From Gonapodya sp. JEL0774 (taxonomy: Eukaryota): a stretch of DNA of 64,000 nucleotides. The notes under the pieces were generated by a model. That model saw only the letters and a list, made by a program, of their open reading frames with translations. It did not search any database and was not told where the DNA came from. Made by a program: the position numbers and the translations under genes. Shown piece after piece: positions 49,201 to 62,500 of this stretch; positions within the stretch are counted from its first letter, which is position 1; each line of letters opens with the position of its first letter. Location: the NCBI GenBank assembly GCA_027604505.1, contig JADIIX010000008.1, positions 1 to 64,000 on the forward strand, read 5' to 3'.

Positions 49201-49678
49201 CGTCAATTCTGTAAGCACATAACAACAGTGAGATTTCACATCTGTAATATGAATGATTCGTTATGGACAAACCTTCCGTAAGCTTTCATGGCTGTCTCGA
49301 TGATTTTGTCCCCGAACTCTACGGAGTCATAGTTTGCCACTGCATTGCCTCCAGCTGCGCGAATCTCCTCCACGACTTTATCAGCAGCCGATGTAGATTG
49401 TCCAGTACCGAAGCCGCTTCCTCCGAGGTCTTCCGAACACACTCAAATGATGAGATCCACTACCAAACAAGAGGGCTTTCGTGATCTGTTCTCACCATTT
49501 ACGACGACCTTGGCACCTCGGGAGGCAAAGAACAATGCATGGGAGCGACCAAGGCCGTTTCCTGTGCCGGGAGTGACGGGTAGTGTTCATATTCCAGAGA
49601 CGATCGGAAGAGAACGATCCGAACTTCCGTGTTACCTGCGCCGGTCACCACAACGACACGTCCATCCCAGCGAAGCAT
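46215..49678 (-). CDS. Peroxisomal FOX2/MFE2-like tandem (3R)-hydroxyacyl-CoA dehydrogenase (two SDR domains, no hydratase domain), PTS1-like AKI
   Basis: Two TGAGNGLG / [11 protein letters not shown] / YGNFGQxNY units; the frame ends ...KDSKAKI* at 46215. Confidence 0.85.
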
Positions 49679-50114
49679 TGTAAATTGTACTTGGAATAGA
49701 ATGTTAAACTTGAAGATCGAAGGTGGTTCCGAAATAAAATGATGTGGTGTTATAAGGCAGCGAAATCTAATGGTTTGTGGGCCAGATGGCCTTTCCGAGG
49801 CAGCTCCGACCGGTGTGCCCTTCCCGAAACTGCATTTTTTAGATAAGATTTACAAATATAACTTCAACCAACTTGCGTGGGAACAAATCGATCGTGTTGG
49901 AAGTGAGTAGGTTCCGGCTCCTCCCAGCTTCAGTACGAGTTTGATAGGTCTCCAATTTTGCTCGACAGAATACATAAACCGAGAAAATGTTCACTCATTC
50001 TAAACACATAAGAACCTCTGCATGTCCCCATGCTGTGATTGGAAAAACCTTTTACGTCCTAATTTGAGGTTGGGACACGAACAATCTTTGTCCTCCGAGG
50101 CAAAGCAATGGGTG

Positions 50115-52880
50115 CTATGCTGGTGCCATCTGGCCGCCCGTCCTCCTCCCAGACCCCACCGGGGGCCCGCGTATCGTCATCTTTCTTGCCCGATTACCTT
50201 GGAACTTGCTCGTGCCATGAGCGCCTACGCCGCCGGCCGCGCTTTTGGCCGAGTGCTTCTTTTGAAGCTGAGAGGATAATGTTCGATCTAATTTGTGAAT
50301 TGAGTGTGCCCTTGATCTTAACTGAACGAACATACCTTTTCAGTAGCCATCCGTTCGAAGTCGGCACGCATGAGAGGACGATCAACCTCCTCTGCAGAAT
50401 CGTAATCCTCGCTTTTCAATGTGCGCAGTGTTAGCCAAGATATACAACAAACAGATATATTCCACCAAGACTGCACCCACCCAGTTGGAAGTGCCGCTAT
50501 CGGTTTGATCTCCCCAAAAGCCTCGGTTGGTCCCCTTCCCAACAATCCTCCCAGCGCCTCCTTCTCTTTTCTTTCTTTCTCTTTCGCTTCCGTTTCTGTA
50601 AGCCCTGAATCTTCCCCTGCGCCGTCCTCGCCATCCTTTTTGCGGGGCACTGAGAGCAAGTAATTCGCTAGCAGCATCTCGTTGGCCTTGCCTTCTGCAA
50701 ATTTAAGATACGCTAGCACCGTCTCGACCGTTACGTGTACGGGAGTGTCCGAGGGTCCCAGAGGATCAGGTGCCAATTCCACCGGTAGGGTGAAGGTGAT
50801 CTTGCCTCTGTCGAGTGGTTCGAAAGCCCTCACTGTGGCTACGATAGCGTCCACCTTTGCCAGAAGACCGCCAAGTCCTGCGGCCACTTCCGTTGCTCTT
50901 TCCCTGTAGCGCTCTGCGCGCGCTTTGTCTCCCTCCAGAGCTCTCTCCATCGCCGCCATCCTTCTTCCTCTTTCCTCCTCTTCATTCCGATCTGCCTCTT
51001 CCAGTTTCCTCATGTCTTCTACCACATGTAATATCTCATCGTTCATCTTCTCACCCTCGTTTTGAACCTCATTGACGTGGTTGAAGAGGGAGAATGAGCT
51101 ATCCTCCATCTCACAGAACTTGGCTACCATTTCCGATACCGCATCCACCCCAGAAACCTTGCGAAGTTCCGCAAGCACTTCTTCCAGATCGTACCGTGCT
51201 TGCTCTGCCTGTGGAGCTGCAGTCGTACCTCCGACAGTAGGTTTTTGGAACCCACCAATGGAGGAACCATCCCCGCCCGCCGCGGCGCGCTCCTCCCTGA
51301 TCTTTTCTTCCTGTCTTGCTCGGATTTCGCTCATTCTTTCCCGGGCAATGGCAGTCCGGTCCGCGGCCTTGGTAGCCATAAACTCCTTGAGTTTCCGATC
51401 TTGTTCCAGTATACGCCCGAGATCCTTCATTTCGACGAGATAAGCCTGATATTCCTTGTCGGCCTTTTCCCGAAGAGTGAGCAGGCGAGATTGGGCATCA
51501 TCTCTGTTTTACAGCGAGGAGTTGTGACAGTTCGGATATTAGTCTCCGTCAGACGGTTGCGAAGTCGAGAAACTCTATGACTCATCAATAATCGTCTGAC
51601 TTACCTCGTTTCATACGCATTATTACTGGCTTCGATCGTCTCCGCCATTCCTGCCTTGAGGGAATGTATCTCGCGCTCAAGTCTGTGTCGCGCAGTATCG
51701 TAAACTCCTCGATCACGGCGAAGAGAGTCAACGGTGCTACGCAAGAGCTTGTTGTGAGAGAGGGAGGTGGAGAATTTGGCGAGTGACTTTACCACGGTGG
51801 AAAAACGTTGTTGGTCTGATCCTGAGGTGTGCAACGGCCTACGATCTCAACCATAAAGTTCGCACCTTATCCAACCTATTTTCAAGCACTCTTCTAGCCT
51901 TTTCCTCGTGTTCTCCACGAGGACCGGCTGCGATTTCGTCCGCTTTGGCCGCCGCCAGTTTGCGATCACAGTTAGACATTGCAGTTGTGAGTCTGGCGAG
52001 GTGGGTGGAAGAGGCACGGAGACGGCGAAGAAGGAGGTCTAGGCAGAGTTAGCAAGGTGGGTGAAGGCCGTGTGAGATGGCGCCGCGAGTGCAAGAACGC
52101 GGGAACTTTGAGGAACGCTTTTGTGATGCCTCCTCTCCCTGTTCCTAAATCTTCGTCCAGCGATATCCTGCATGCCCGCACTCAAACATACCTGCCTCTT
52201 CCTCCATCCTCTTGACTTTTCCACCCTCCATTCCCTGACCCTCCTCCTGAGCTTTCTTAATTGCTGCATCTCGCCTTCGCTCCAGGAGGCGGAGTTCCGA
52301 ACGTAGTTCATCGTTCTCACGACGAAGAGATGTGATGGCAATGCTAGGATAAAGAGGTCAGTGGTGGTGGTGGGAGGGGACAGTGTAGTATTAAAACAAG
52401 AGCTGGGAACCGACCCTATCCCGCAGTAATCGCCAATATCAACCGTTTGATCTCACCGCTGTTTTGTGATCTGAAGTCTGCTCTCGTCAGAGTACGCCTT
52501 CCGGTCACCTTCCATAAGTCGGAACTGGCGCTGGAGTTTCTGGAGCTCGATTTCCGCTGCAGGAGATCAAATGTAACGCGCGGAACAATCCGTGCAGTGC
52601 ATGAAGTTGATCAGCGATCAAGTTGACTTTCGGTGCGCATCTCGTAATCAAGAGCTTGAGTAATGGTAAGTTCGACAATTGCAGCGGGCTTTGGATTCAC
52701 GAAGTGCCCAGGGTGTATGAAGCGACGCATTCGCTCTGCCCCTCACCCAATCCAATCACATAATGTTCACCCCAATCGTTGGCACTCTCGAAACTACAAC
52801 TCACCCAGTCCAACATCGACAGCATCCGCATCACCTCCAGTTGAGGATGCGGAGGGGGACTGGGCTCTGGCGGTCGCCAT
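50115..52880 (-). CDS. Outer dynein arm docking complex subunit (CCDC63/CCDC114, ODA-DC2), multi-exon
   Basis: ELQKLQRQFRLMEGDRKAY, LRSTVDSLRRDR, IEASNNAYETR, FCEMEDSSFSLFNHVNE; extensive coiled coil. Confidence 0.88.
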
Positions 52881-53676
52881 AGTGTGGATGGTGACTCTGG
52901 TGGGAGAAGAGTGAGATTGAGAATACCAGAGATGAAATGGAGGAATCAAGCGACAAGTGTACGTTGCGAGTGTCTCTTCCAGGGAACTGATCGGTGAGTG
53001 TGCCTGTGTGCGAAGTGTAAATGACAGTTGCGAAGACCACCAATCGCTGCAGTTTGGCGAATGCGCGGAGGGCAAAGAATAAGTTTCTACATGTGCGGTC
53101 CGGAAAAGTATTACAATTATGTAATATACTTGAAAACATCGGCAGGGGTTGACCAGGACTGTGGTCCTTGATATTTCGGACAGACGGCTAGGAGTCACTG
53201 CAACACGACAAAACGAAGACAGTTTCGTCCAATCACCCGAATTGATCGAAGCGGCATCAAGAGGGAAAAGGTGAGGACATAGCAGCGGAGAGTTCCGAGA
53301 ACTGAAGAGAAAATGCAGACGATGTGAAGTGATGATATTGAGAGAGGCGTTCAAAGAGGAGGGACAAAGTCCCACCGTTTTCAAGCGTGATGAAGTGAAG
53401 TGATTGAAAACTTGAGAAGTATCTAGAGGGCGATCGAGCTCAGAACTTTCCACTTTGAAACGAATCCACTTACATACAAGGTGGTATTCACGGGTTAGTG
53501 AACTAAGTGAAAGCGTTCGAGGACCTCATGCACAGTTTCTCTCAAACCGCATCAACAGTTCGAGGAGAGAAAGACGAGTGACCTTTCATATGGCAATCTC
53601 AATACTTTTCGAGACAACACCCAAGTGGCGACATCGCCGTAATCTGTAACTATCGGCAGACAAGAATCAGTACGCT

Positions 53677-56600
53677 ATGTGGACAAATCGCTTTGGACAC
53701 GGACCAAGATCACGCGGGGAACAGCCACCAGCAGGACCAGCCCAATCGCCTAAGGTGTCCCGCCTTTCGTGGATGTCGCGTTTTGCCCTCCGCACTCTTC
53801 GTTCCTTCTCTCTGCTCTCTCCCTCATCTCGCACTCCCATCGTCCTCTCCCCTGCTGCTGCTCGCGCCATTGGATTTCTCAGACCCCTTGTGCCCATACT
53901 CATGCTCGGGGCGGGTGTCACCGTTGGGAACCCTGTCTTTCCGATGCTGGCTCTAGCTTCAGATGCACAGGCCTTGACTCTTACGGGTTCAGCTGGGGCA
54001 AATGGAGTTGAGAGAGCGGGACGACTGTGCAACTCCTTGGTTGATGTTTCAGCCAGTGAAATTGACACCAAAACCATCCAGCATCCAGTGGAAACCTCAT
54101 CAACAATCAGATTCTATGATTCACAATCATCAGAGCAACTTCACGACTTCGCACCCACGGTATCCGGTCTAAAGTTTTCCGCCCTCTCTTCCTGGCTGTT
54201 CCCTCCAAACTCGAACAGGTTTACTGCAACTTACTCACCCCAGCGTCCTTACCGGAGCAGATTCCAATCATTGACACATACATTCGCTCACTACTCTCCT
54301 TTCTTGCCCTCCTTCCACCGGGGGTTCGCTTCGTTGCCTCGAAATCCCGGGGAGCATCGATATCTTGACCGTTCTGAGGTCACCCAACACGAACGAGTGC
54401 CGCTCAAAATCATCGAAGACTGCGAGATGGTTGACAGTTTCTCGTCTGAAAATGAGGGAACCAGAACGGATGGGACGACAGAGCACCAGCCGCACAACGC
54501 GGAACCACGTGGTACCAGTTTGTACGAGGAAACGAGTTCAAACGCGACGTCTTCACATATCTACAACCGTGGGCCACGGGATTCCTCGGTTGTCTCCCGC
54601 TTTATTTCCCTGCTTAAACCCACCACCGTGGTGTCCGCTATGGATCTGTTCCCCGATCTTCCTCATCCGCTCCCGCTTAGTGTCTACTCTGAAGCGATCA
54701 GCGTCCTTTGCTCAGTTATATCTTCCCTTGAAGACACCATGCCCGCACCATCGACTCCGATTCCGAGCCCATCGAATTCAGTCCTGAGCGAATTGCTAGC
54801 TCGGGCGGTGTCCCCTCTCCGCACCGACGAGACTGTCCCGAAGCATCTCCAGACTGTCGTGTCCCATCTCAACTCTGATGAGACTGTCGTGTCCCATCTC
54901 AACTCTGACGAGGCTGTCGCGTCCCATCTCAACTTCGACGAGACTGTCGCGTCCCGTTTCAACTCCGACCAGACTGCCGCAAGTATAAGGATCGAAAATT
55001 ACCCAGCATTGCCTTCCCTGACGCCCACACTTGAAAAACTCGTCTATATCCCACGCACCATGATTGTTCACCGGCTGATACCCTCTTCATCTTCTTGGCT
55101 CGCTCTGCTCACCTGCACATCTCGCCATAACCTTCTCGCCGCTCATTGCCATCTTATCCTCCTCCTTCCCACGGCGTATCATCTTGCAATTCCTTCTACT
55201 ATCTTGTCTGCCGCTTCCAACCCCTTCACAAGGTTTCCGATGGAACAAACACAGTTGCTTGTTGCCTCACTCTTCCGTCAACTGCTTCCTCGCAACCAAG
55301 CCCCATCTGCTTTACCGCTTGCCATTGCCGTTCTCAAAGCTCTCCCAACCCCTCCTACGTCCGAGGTACTCCTCACCTATCCACTCCTCAGCCTTTGCAA
55401 TATAGGGGACACATCTCAAATTCTCTCTCTTCTCTACCCCCTTTCTGTCAGCTACGAAACAGTCACTGCACGCAAGCTTTACTCCTTGGCTCTGCATCAA
55501 CTCTACATGCGGGGATATTTTCTTCCTGTTCGACTGGTATGGGCCGAGATGCTGCGCAGGAATGTGAAGCCCCAACTACTTGCCTGTCGCACAATGCTGG
55601 CTTGCAAAGCCGATGGAGCGATACGTGGGCAAGATGTTACAGAAGTAATGAGAATTTGGGGGAAGGCAAGGGAGGTGGCGATGGAAGAAGAGGGAACCAA
55701 GAGCATTGACAAAAAGGATGGAGCGCCTCTCATCCTCTCCCATTGCTTCACGCATACCCTGCGCTTCCTCCTTCGCGCGGGCCACACAATCATCGCACAC
55801 TCTTGGCTCGACCGTGCTCTCTCCTATTATGCACGCTATGCGAAGTCCTCAGGCGCGAACTATGACGGTATATGCTTGGATGCACGTACCGCTAGTGTGA
55901 TCACGGCGGACGCCGCCAACCGAAACGATCCAGTGGGGTGCGAAGGTTGGATGAGGAAGTTCAAGAGTGCCGGCGCACCGTTATCTGCCCACTCTGTATC
56001 ATCCCTCGTCTCCACTCTCTGCCACGCATCTCCGCCGGATCCAGTAAAGGCAGAGGAGGTGCTGCGGGATTGCGAGCAGGAGTGGGGTGTCACACCTGTG
56101 GGCGAGTCCTTTCATCCGCTTTTGATGTACTATGATAATCTGGGGGACGATGCCGCGGTTGCGAGGGTGGAAGATATGATGCGCCAGGCAGGTGTCCGTC
56201 CGTCAGTATCCATGTATTCAATGAGGGTGGCGCGACATCTGCGCAATGGTCGACGAGACTTGGCAGCGATGGAGTTAACAGATATGAAGAAAGTCGGATT
56301 AACACCCACTACCAAAGCCATTATTTCCATTGCCCGGCATGGTGTCGCGAAAATGGGCAATGTAGCTGCGATGCAAGGATTGAAAGATGAGATGAATCTC
56401 TCCAATGTACCATGGGATCACTCGATGCTCGCATTGGAAATTTCGACGTGGCTCAACAAGGCAAAGCAGGGCGCAAGGAAGGGTGATGTTGAGAGTGGGG
56501 TGAAGGGCGTGGTGGAGGAGGCCAGGAGGAGAGGGGCGGTGATAGATCATAATATGTGGTGCGACATAATCGCAGCGGTGGGAACAGAGAGCACAGTACT

Positions 56601-57372
56601 GGAGCGGTTGCGAGAGCCAGGAAATGGGCGACAGAGAACGAAATATCATGGAGGCACGCCTCGCGTCATCGAGGATGACCCATCAACACCTCGCGCCTTG
56701 GTCGCGTACATGTCACACCACATTTCCCACAAACGCCCTGAACTCGCCGTCTCCGCTTTTTGGAAATACCACACTCCTCGAGGTAGTTCGCCACCACCGC
56801 CACGTGCATGGAACTGGCTTCTGAGGGCATATGCAATGCTCGGTTACGATACAGAGATCCGCAAGACTTGGGTTAGGATGGATTTTGCAGGAGTTCCGAA
56901 AGATGCAATTGCATGGACAGTGTGGGCTGGCGAAAGGATCCGGAGAGGAAAGATGAGTGAAGCAGAGGCAGCTTTGAAAGAGGTGGTGAAAGGTGAGCTG
57001 GCCTTCGCGGGCTCCCATTGCTTTACTAATGCTATCGCGTGCACTCTTCATATACCTCTAGCTTCCATCGCCGACTCGAAATTACCCTACCCTACGTACG
57101 CGGCCTCAGCCTACGTGCATATGCAATTGCGGCTGCACCGAGACCTGGCGCTTGGTTACATTTCCAAAAATCGCCTTCGCCGTTCAGTGGAGCACCTCCA
57201 GTCTGCACTTAAATTGGATGTTAATGGGAACTCAAGTGAAACGGCTACCCTTGCCGGGGCTGTGCTCTCGAGGATAAAGGATTCCACTGGGTTAGACTCG
57301 TGGTCGAGGTTGAACACAATTGTGGGTGGTAAGGTCAGCTTGATACATGCTGTCGAGGGGAAGGACAGTTAG
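53677..57372 (+). CDS. Pentatricopeptide-repeat (PPR)-like protein, intronless, probably mitochondrial
   Basis: 1231-aa ORF with PPR-like units (MRQAGVRPSVSMY, MKKVGLTPT, AWNWLLRAYA, AGVPKDAIAWT). Confidence 0.75.
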   Translation: MWTNRFGHGPRSRGEQPPAGPAQSPKVSRLSWMSRFALRTLRSFSLLSPSSRTPIVLSPAAARAIGFLRPLVPILMLGAGVTVGNPVFPMLALASDAQALTLTGSAGANGVERAGRLCNSLVDVSASEIDTKTIQHPVETSSTIRFYDSQSSEQLHDFAPTVSGLKFSALSSWLFPPNSNRFTATYSPQRPYRSRFQSLTHTFAHYSPFLPSFHRGFASLPRNPGEHRYLDRSEVTQHERVPLKIIEDCEMVDSFSSENEGTRTDGTTEHQPHNAEPRGTSLYEETSSNATSSHIYNRGPRDSSVVSRFISLLKPTTVVSAMDLFPDLPHPLPLSVYSEAISVLCSVISSLEDTMPAPSTPIPSPSNSVLSELLARAVSPLRTDETVPKHLQTVVSHLNSDETVVSHLNSDEAVASHLNFDETVASRFNSDQTAASIRIENYPALPSLTPTLEKLVYIPRTMIVHRLIPSSSSWLALLTCTSRHNLLAAHCHLILLLPTAYHLAIPSTILSAASNPFTRFPMEQTQLLVASLFRQLLPRNQAPSALPLAIAVLKALPTPPTSEVLLTYPLLSLCNIGDTSQILSLLYPLSVSYETVTARKLYSLALHQLYMRGYFLPVRLVWAEMLRRNVKPQLLACRTMLACKADGAIRGQDVTEVMRIWGKAREVAMEEEGTKSIDKKDGAPLILSHCFTHTLRFLLRAGHTIIAHSWLDRALSYYARYAKSSGANYDGICLDARTASVITADAANRNDPVGCEGWMRKFKSAGAPLSAHSVSSLVSTLCHASPPDPVKAEEVLRDCEQEWGVTPVGESFHPLLMYYDNLGDDAAVARVEDMMRQAGVRPSVSMYSMRVARHLRNGRRDLAAMELTDMKKVGLTPTTKAIISIARHGVAKMGNVAAMQGLKDEMNLSNVPWDHSMLALEISTWLNKAKQGARKGDVESGVKGVVEEARRRGAVIDHNMWCDIIAAVGTESTVLERLREPGNGRQRTKYHGGTPRVIEDDPSTPRALVAYMSHHISHKRPELAVSAFWKYHTPRGSSPPPPRAWNWLLRAYAMLGYDTEIRKTWVRMDFAGVPKDAIAWTVWAGERIRRGKMSEAEAALKEVVKGELAFAGSHCFTNAIACTLHIPLASIADSKLPYPTYAASAYVHMQLRLHRDLALGYISKNRLRRSVEHLQSALKLDVNGNSSETATLAGAVLSRIKDSTGLDSWSRLNTIVGGKVSLIHAVEGKDS
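54850..54980 (+). repeat. 30-bp coding minisatellite, ~4.3 copies (ETVVSHLNSD)
   Basis: Units start at 54850, 54880, 54910 and 54940, consensus GAGACTGTCGYGTCCCATCTCAACTCTGAY. Confidence 0.9.
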
Positions 57373-57538
57373 CGCGAGAGAGCTAAAGGGAACATCAGTA
57401 AATTGATGTTGCACAGTCAAGAGTGGAGACATTGTAATTTACCGAGTCCGCCATGTATATTAAGTGCAAACATCAATAGAGTGCCGCTCGTCATATGGAG
57501 CACCTTCAATACTGAGCTACAACAACGACATTACTTCC

Positions 57539-59275
57539 TTATCGACGGGATGTCCCACCCCCCACCTTTGACTCAAGTCCCGCCATGGCATTCCAGACTG
57601 CACTTCGTGCTCTACTGGAGTCCGTCATGTCCGCGTAAGATGTGACCCCAGCATCTTCTACCGGAGCACGCGAATCGATGAGGGGTGTGTGGATATCGAA
57701 CGCGGATATAGCCTCCTTTTAGATTGCGTCATACGGGGACGAAACAAGCAGCGCGAAAAAGAATAGGATTCGAAAAGTAGAATGAAAAGAGACATTTTGA
57801 GACGCTTTTAACGTACCCTCCACATCTCCATGGTCCAGTCCATGAGGTGCTGCCACTGTCCCGCGCGCGCTGCGCCCGGCCGCGGGTTACCGTCATCATC
57901 ATCTGCATGAATGCCATCCTCAGCGGCATCAAGGACGACTTTCCATTCCAAGAAATTATCCGAATGACTTCAGAAAACATGGTTCTACTTCGGGCATCTC
58001 ACCTAACACAGGTAGGTCATTGGCGTCAAACTCCAGCCCAACCTTTCTTTCTTTGAACAAAAACGCCAGATAAAACAAATTTTCGACTGTTTGCGAGAAC
58101 CCGCGCACGGGGTCCGGATTGGTGACAAAACGGAAGAAACACACAGGTCGGAAACGCGTGGGGTCATTATGGTCGTGGCGGTCTCTCGCGTTTGCGGAGG
58201 CGGCTCGCTTCAAATGCTTGAAAATAGAATGAACGTGCTTGGTGACCAAGTTTTTGTCACTGGACGTGTCGGCTTTCGACAGCTGATGAAGGTGCCCATT
58301 CAGTTTCTATTTAGTAAGAATGAAAGACACTGAGGAGCATTGTCTGACACGGACCTGTTCGGCTTTTTCCATTATGGCCGGTTTTTGACGTTCAGCAGCC
58401 TTACGTTCCTTCTTCACATGTTCTTTAGGTGGTTTCCCAAGAGCTCCAACCCTGAAGTACACGCACAACCCATTCAGAAAATGATCTTCCTTTTAAACGA
58501 GCAACGGGGGAGGGGGAGGGGCGCGGGCCGGTCGTGCGGGGGTGCCACCTCCTCATTGCTCACATAAAGTCCGTGGTTGGCACCCTCTTAGAGAATTTGA
58601 ATCCCAGCTTACCCAAAGTCTTCCACTGGTTTTCTTCGTTATCATCGCCAAAGGCCCCCGCCTTTAGGGCCACCAAATTGATAAACTCGTCTGTGTCAAA
58701 GGAGATCCCTTGAACCTGCCATGCGCGGGCAATCCTAGAGCCCTCTTTGGCAATGCCAACCATAAGACGTGCATCAAGAGTGGCCTCTTGTGGTCGTTGT
58801 ACTGGACGCGAGCACAGCAAGCGCGGGTAGGGTGGTGAGAAGACACTGCCCAACAAGCATTCAAAATAGGTCGAAAACTACCTGATTCCAATTGCTCATT
58901 CGCTCCTTCAACCTTTTTGACATAGTTTGAGAGATCCTTGTTGTATTTATCCTTGTTTTCTGTCACAGTCGTTCGAATCAAAGTGTGGAAGATAAAGGCG
59001 AGGACTTCTCAGGTTCGACTGCCCCTCCGAGCATTGTCGCAAGATCACGGACCTTCCAAATCTTCAATCATATTCCTGTACGTCGATCTGATCTCCCGCT
59101 GTTCGGCAGCACTCTGCTCTGCCCATTTGTCAATGTCCCCCTCGTCAATTCGTTGATCATCCATTTCCATCACATCCCCGTCCTCGCCTTCCTCGTCTTC
59201 GTCCCGTCGCGCCTTTTTCTTCGACGACGATCGATCTGCATCCTTTGTTGTCTTCGTTTTGGAAGCAGGGGGCAT
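57539..59275 (-). CDS. NSE4: Nse4 kleisin subunit of the SMC5/6 complex, multi-exon
   Basis: REIRSTYR, EATLDARLMV, FVTNPDPVRGFSQTVENLFYLAFLFKE, MEMWREAISAFDI. Confidence 0.88.
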
Positions 59276-59558
59276 TGTTACAGGATTACCTGTCCTCTGG
59301 CCCACCAGCTCCCCCAACCCTGCCTCCACGAAACCTGGCTCCTGGCTCCTGCTCACACACCACTCATCGCGGTCTCTCATGAACACAACAAGTAGCTCGC
59401 TGCCATGCCGTTAGGCATTTGGCCTCCGCCTGAACATGATTATTCGGAACTTGAATGCATTTATTAACCGTGGAGTTACCCAAGTGAATTGAATTGACAG
59501 CTCTCAGAGTAACTGAAGTAACTAATAAAATCATGTTCGTGTTGAAATCGGCACCATC

Positions 59559-62500
59559 TCAAGCCTTTCGCTCAAGGATTTTCTTCACGACCTCTTGCGC
59601 CGCAACGGGAACACGAGTGCCTAAACAAAATAAAATTAGCCCGGAAACCAATGCTTGCATATGTCGCATTCATTTTGGCTCACCAGGACCAAACACAATA
59701 CTGACTCCGCTTTCGTAGAGGAAATCGTAGTCCTGCGCCGGAATGACCCCTCCGGCGACTACCACCATATCATCGGCCCCAATTTTTTTGAGCTCTTCGA
59801 TGAGCTGAGGCACAAGTGTCTTGTGACCGGCAGCCTGGGACGACACACCAACAACGTGCACGTCCGCATCGACAGCCTGGCGGGCAACTTCGGCCGGAGT
59901 CTGGAACAGTGGGCCCACATCGACGTCAAACCCGAGGTCAGCAAAACCTGTAGCGATAACTTTGGCGCCTCGGTCGTGTCCATCCTGACCCATTTTAGCG
60001 ACAAGAATACGGGGGCGACGACCCTGCGTCTTGGCGAAGTTCTAAATTTGTCGCGAGTAAAAGCACATGAGTGAGTACAAACAAAATGTTCAGGCAAGGT
60101 TGTAAGTCTTTACAAACCTCAATTACGGCTTGGGCGTTTGAAATATCGTCCGATGCTCCGTATTCGCCAAGGTATGCTCCCTGAACCATGCGTGTAGTGA
60201 GGTTGTGCCTAGTGTAGACCTTTTCCATTGCATCAGAGATTTCTCCAACGGTTGCACGGACACGAGCGGCCTGCAGTCCAGAGATATGTCAGCTCGCAGT
60301 CCCCGAACAAATGATTACGCACGGAATGCCACCAACCTGAACAGCCAGATCCAATAAGTTTCCTTTACCGGTAGCGGCAGATTCAGATATTTGCTCCAGG
60401 AGGCTGGCAACCTTGGCAGTGTCCCTGGTCGCTTTTATCCGTGTGAGTTTCTCGATTTGGGCTTGGCGGACCGCTGTATTGTCAATCACGCGAACGTCCA
60501 TGGGCGCCTCGGATTTCAGTCGGTACTTATTGACACCGACGATCGTTTCTGGAAGTTCGGAGACCCGTAAATGGAGTTAGAGCACCACCTCTTCAAGCTC
60601 CGCCTCCCTGCCCCGTCTTCGCCCCTTCTCAAACGCACCGGCTCCAGAATCAATGTTTGCCTGTCGCTTAGCCGCAGATTCTTCAATTTTAAGCTTCGGG
60701 TATCCACTGGTTACCGACTTGGCCATTCCACCCTGGGCCTCAACCTCCCGAATGATCTTGAGAGCTTCCTCGTAGACTTCGTTAGTCAGGGACTCCATGA
60801 AGTACGAACCACCCCAAGGGTCCGCAACCTGGGATAGGTTATTAGCGACGGAGCAAATGAGCCTTATAACCCTGCGCCTTACACTTACAGCTCAATGAAA
60901 CCCTAGGACTCACTTTGGGGATGAACGCCTCCTCCTGGAGGATAAGTTGCGTGTTCCTCGCAATTCGAGCAGAGAACTCGGTGGGCAAGCCGACCGCTTC
61001 GTCGAGCGCGTTCGTGTGGAGCGACTGAGTACCCCCAAGGGTCGCCGACATGGCTTCAACCGTCGTCCGAATAATGTTGTTGTACGGGTCCTGCTCAGTG
61101 AGAGACCATCCTGATGTTTGACAGTGGGTGCGGAGGAGGAGAGACTTTTGACTCTTGGGGTTGAATTGCTCCTTGATGAGCATGGCCCAGAGACGGCGGG
61201 CCGCGCGAAGCTTGGCGATCTCCATGTAGAAGTTCATACCAATGCCGAAGAAGAAGGAGAGACGGGGGGCAAAGTCGTCGATGGACATGCCGGCGGCGAT
61301 ACCTAAACCGTATATAATCAAGGTGGGAAACACGCAGACCCGAGCTCGCTAAAACCGAACACCCACCAGTTCTCGCGTACTCCAATCCGTCAGCAATCGT
61401 GAAAGCCAGCTCCAACACGTTGTTCGCACCGGCTTCCTGAATATGGTATCCCGAGATTGAGATTGAGTTGAATTTGGGCATGTTCTTGGACGTGTAGGAA
61501 AAGATGTCACCAATGATGCGCATACTTGGTTCCGGGGGGTAGATGAATGTGTTTCGGACCATGAATTCTTTGAGAATATCGTTTTGAATGGTTCCGGATA
61601 GTTCGGCAATCTTCGCTCCTTGCTCCTCGCCAGCGACGATAAACATAGCCAAGATGGGGAGCACCGCACCATTCATGGTCATAGAGACGGACATCTTTTT
61701 CAAAGGGATACCGTTGAAGAGAATCTAATTGGAGCCCGCAATCAACGTGAGACTCGAATTGGACTTTCACGATATAACTCTCCAAGACTTACTTTCATAT
61801 CTTCCACAGAGTCAATCGCAACTCCAGCCATTCCGACATCACCAACCACACGAGGGTGGTCCGAATCGTAACCCCTGTGTGTTGCCAAATCGAAGGCAAC
61901 ACTGACACCTTGTTGCCCAGCAGCGATGGCGGCGCGGTAAAAGGCATTAGACTCCTCCGCTGTGGAGAAACCCGCATATTGGCGTACTGTCCAGGGTCGG
62001 TAGGTGTACATTGAGGCGTAAGGTCCTCGTGTAAAGGGGAACTTTCCAGGAATCTCCTTCGGGATATCAGCGACATCATCCTTAGTGTAGAGGGGTTTAA
62101 CATCAATGCCCTAAAAAGAGCGAAGTTCCGCATAGCAGAGTAAGCAACAGCGCTGAGAATAATGTTACGGGTAGCCGAGACTTCACCCACCTCTGAAGTG
62201 TGCCATGTCAAGGTCTGCACAGGATCCTTACCCTTGAGCTCCTTGGCGACAAGTTGAAGCCATTCCTGCGCGCGATTGAATAGAGATGCGGATGCGACAT
62301 AGTGCGGATGATGAGGACCAGGGTCGATTCGAGTTCTGGGATGTTTCGGAATGCTGCTCCCGACGAACTCACGGGATCAATGGGTTTCGCAAACTTTGGA
62401 GCTGTCGCCGGGGCCTCGGAGGACATATGTCGTCGGCATGCCTGCAAGATAACGTTAATACATTTTAAAATTTGGGAAAACGTGGTTCGGGAAAGGTGCC

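Noticed and set aside
54850..54980. Possible CRISPR-like array
   Set aside because: Contiguous units without unique spacers, in frame within a eukaryotic CDS
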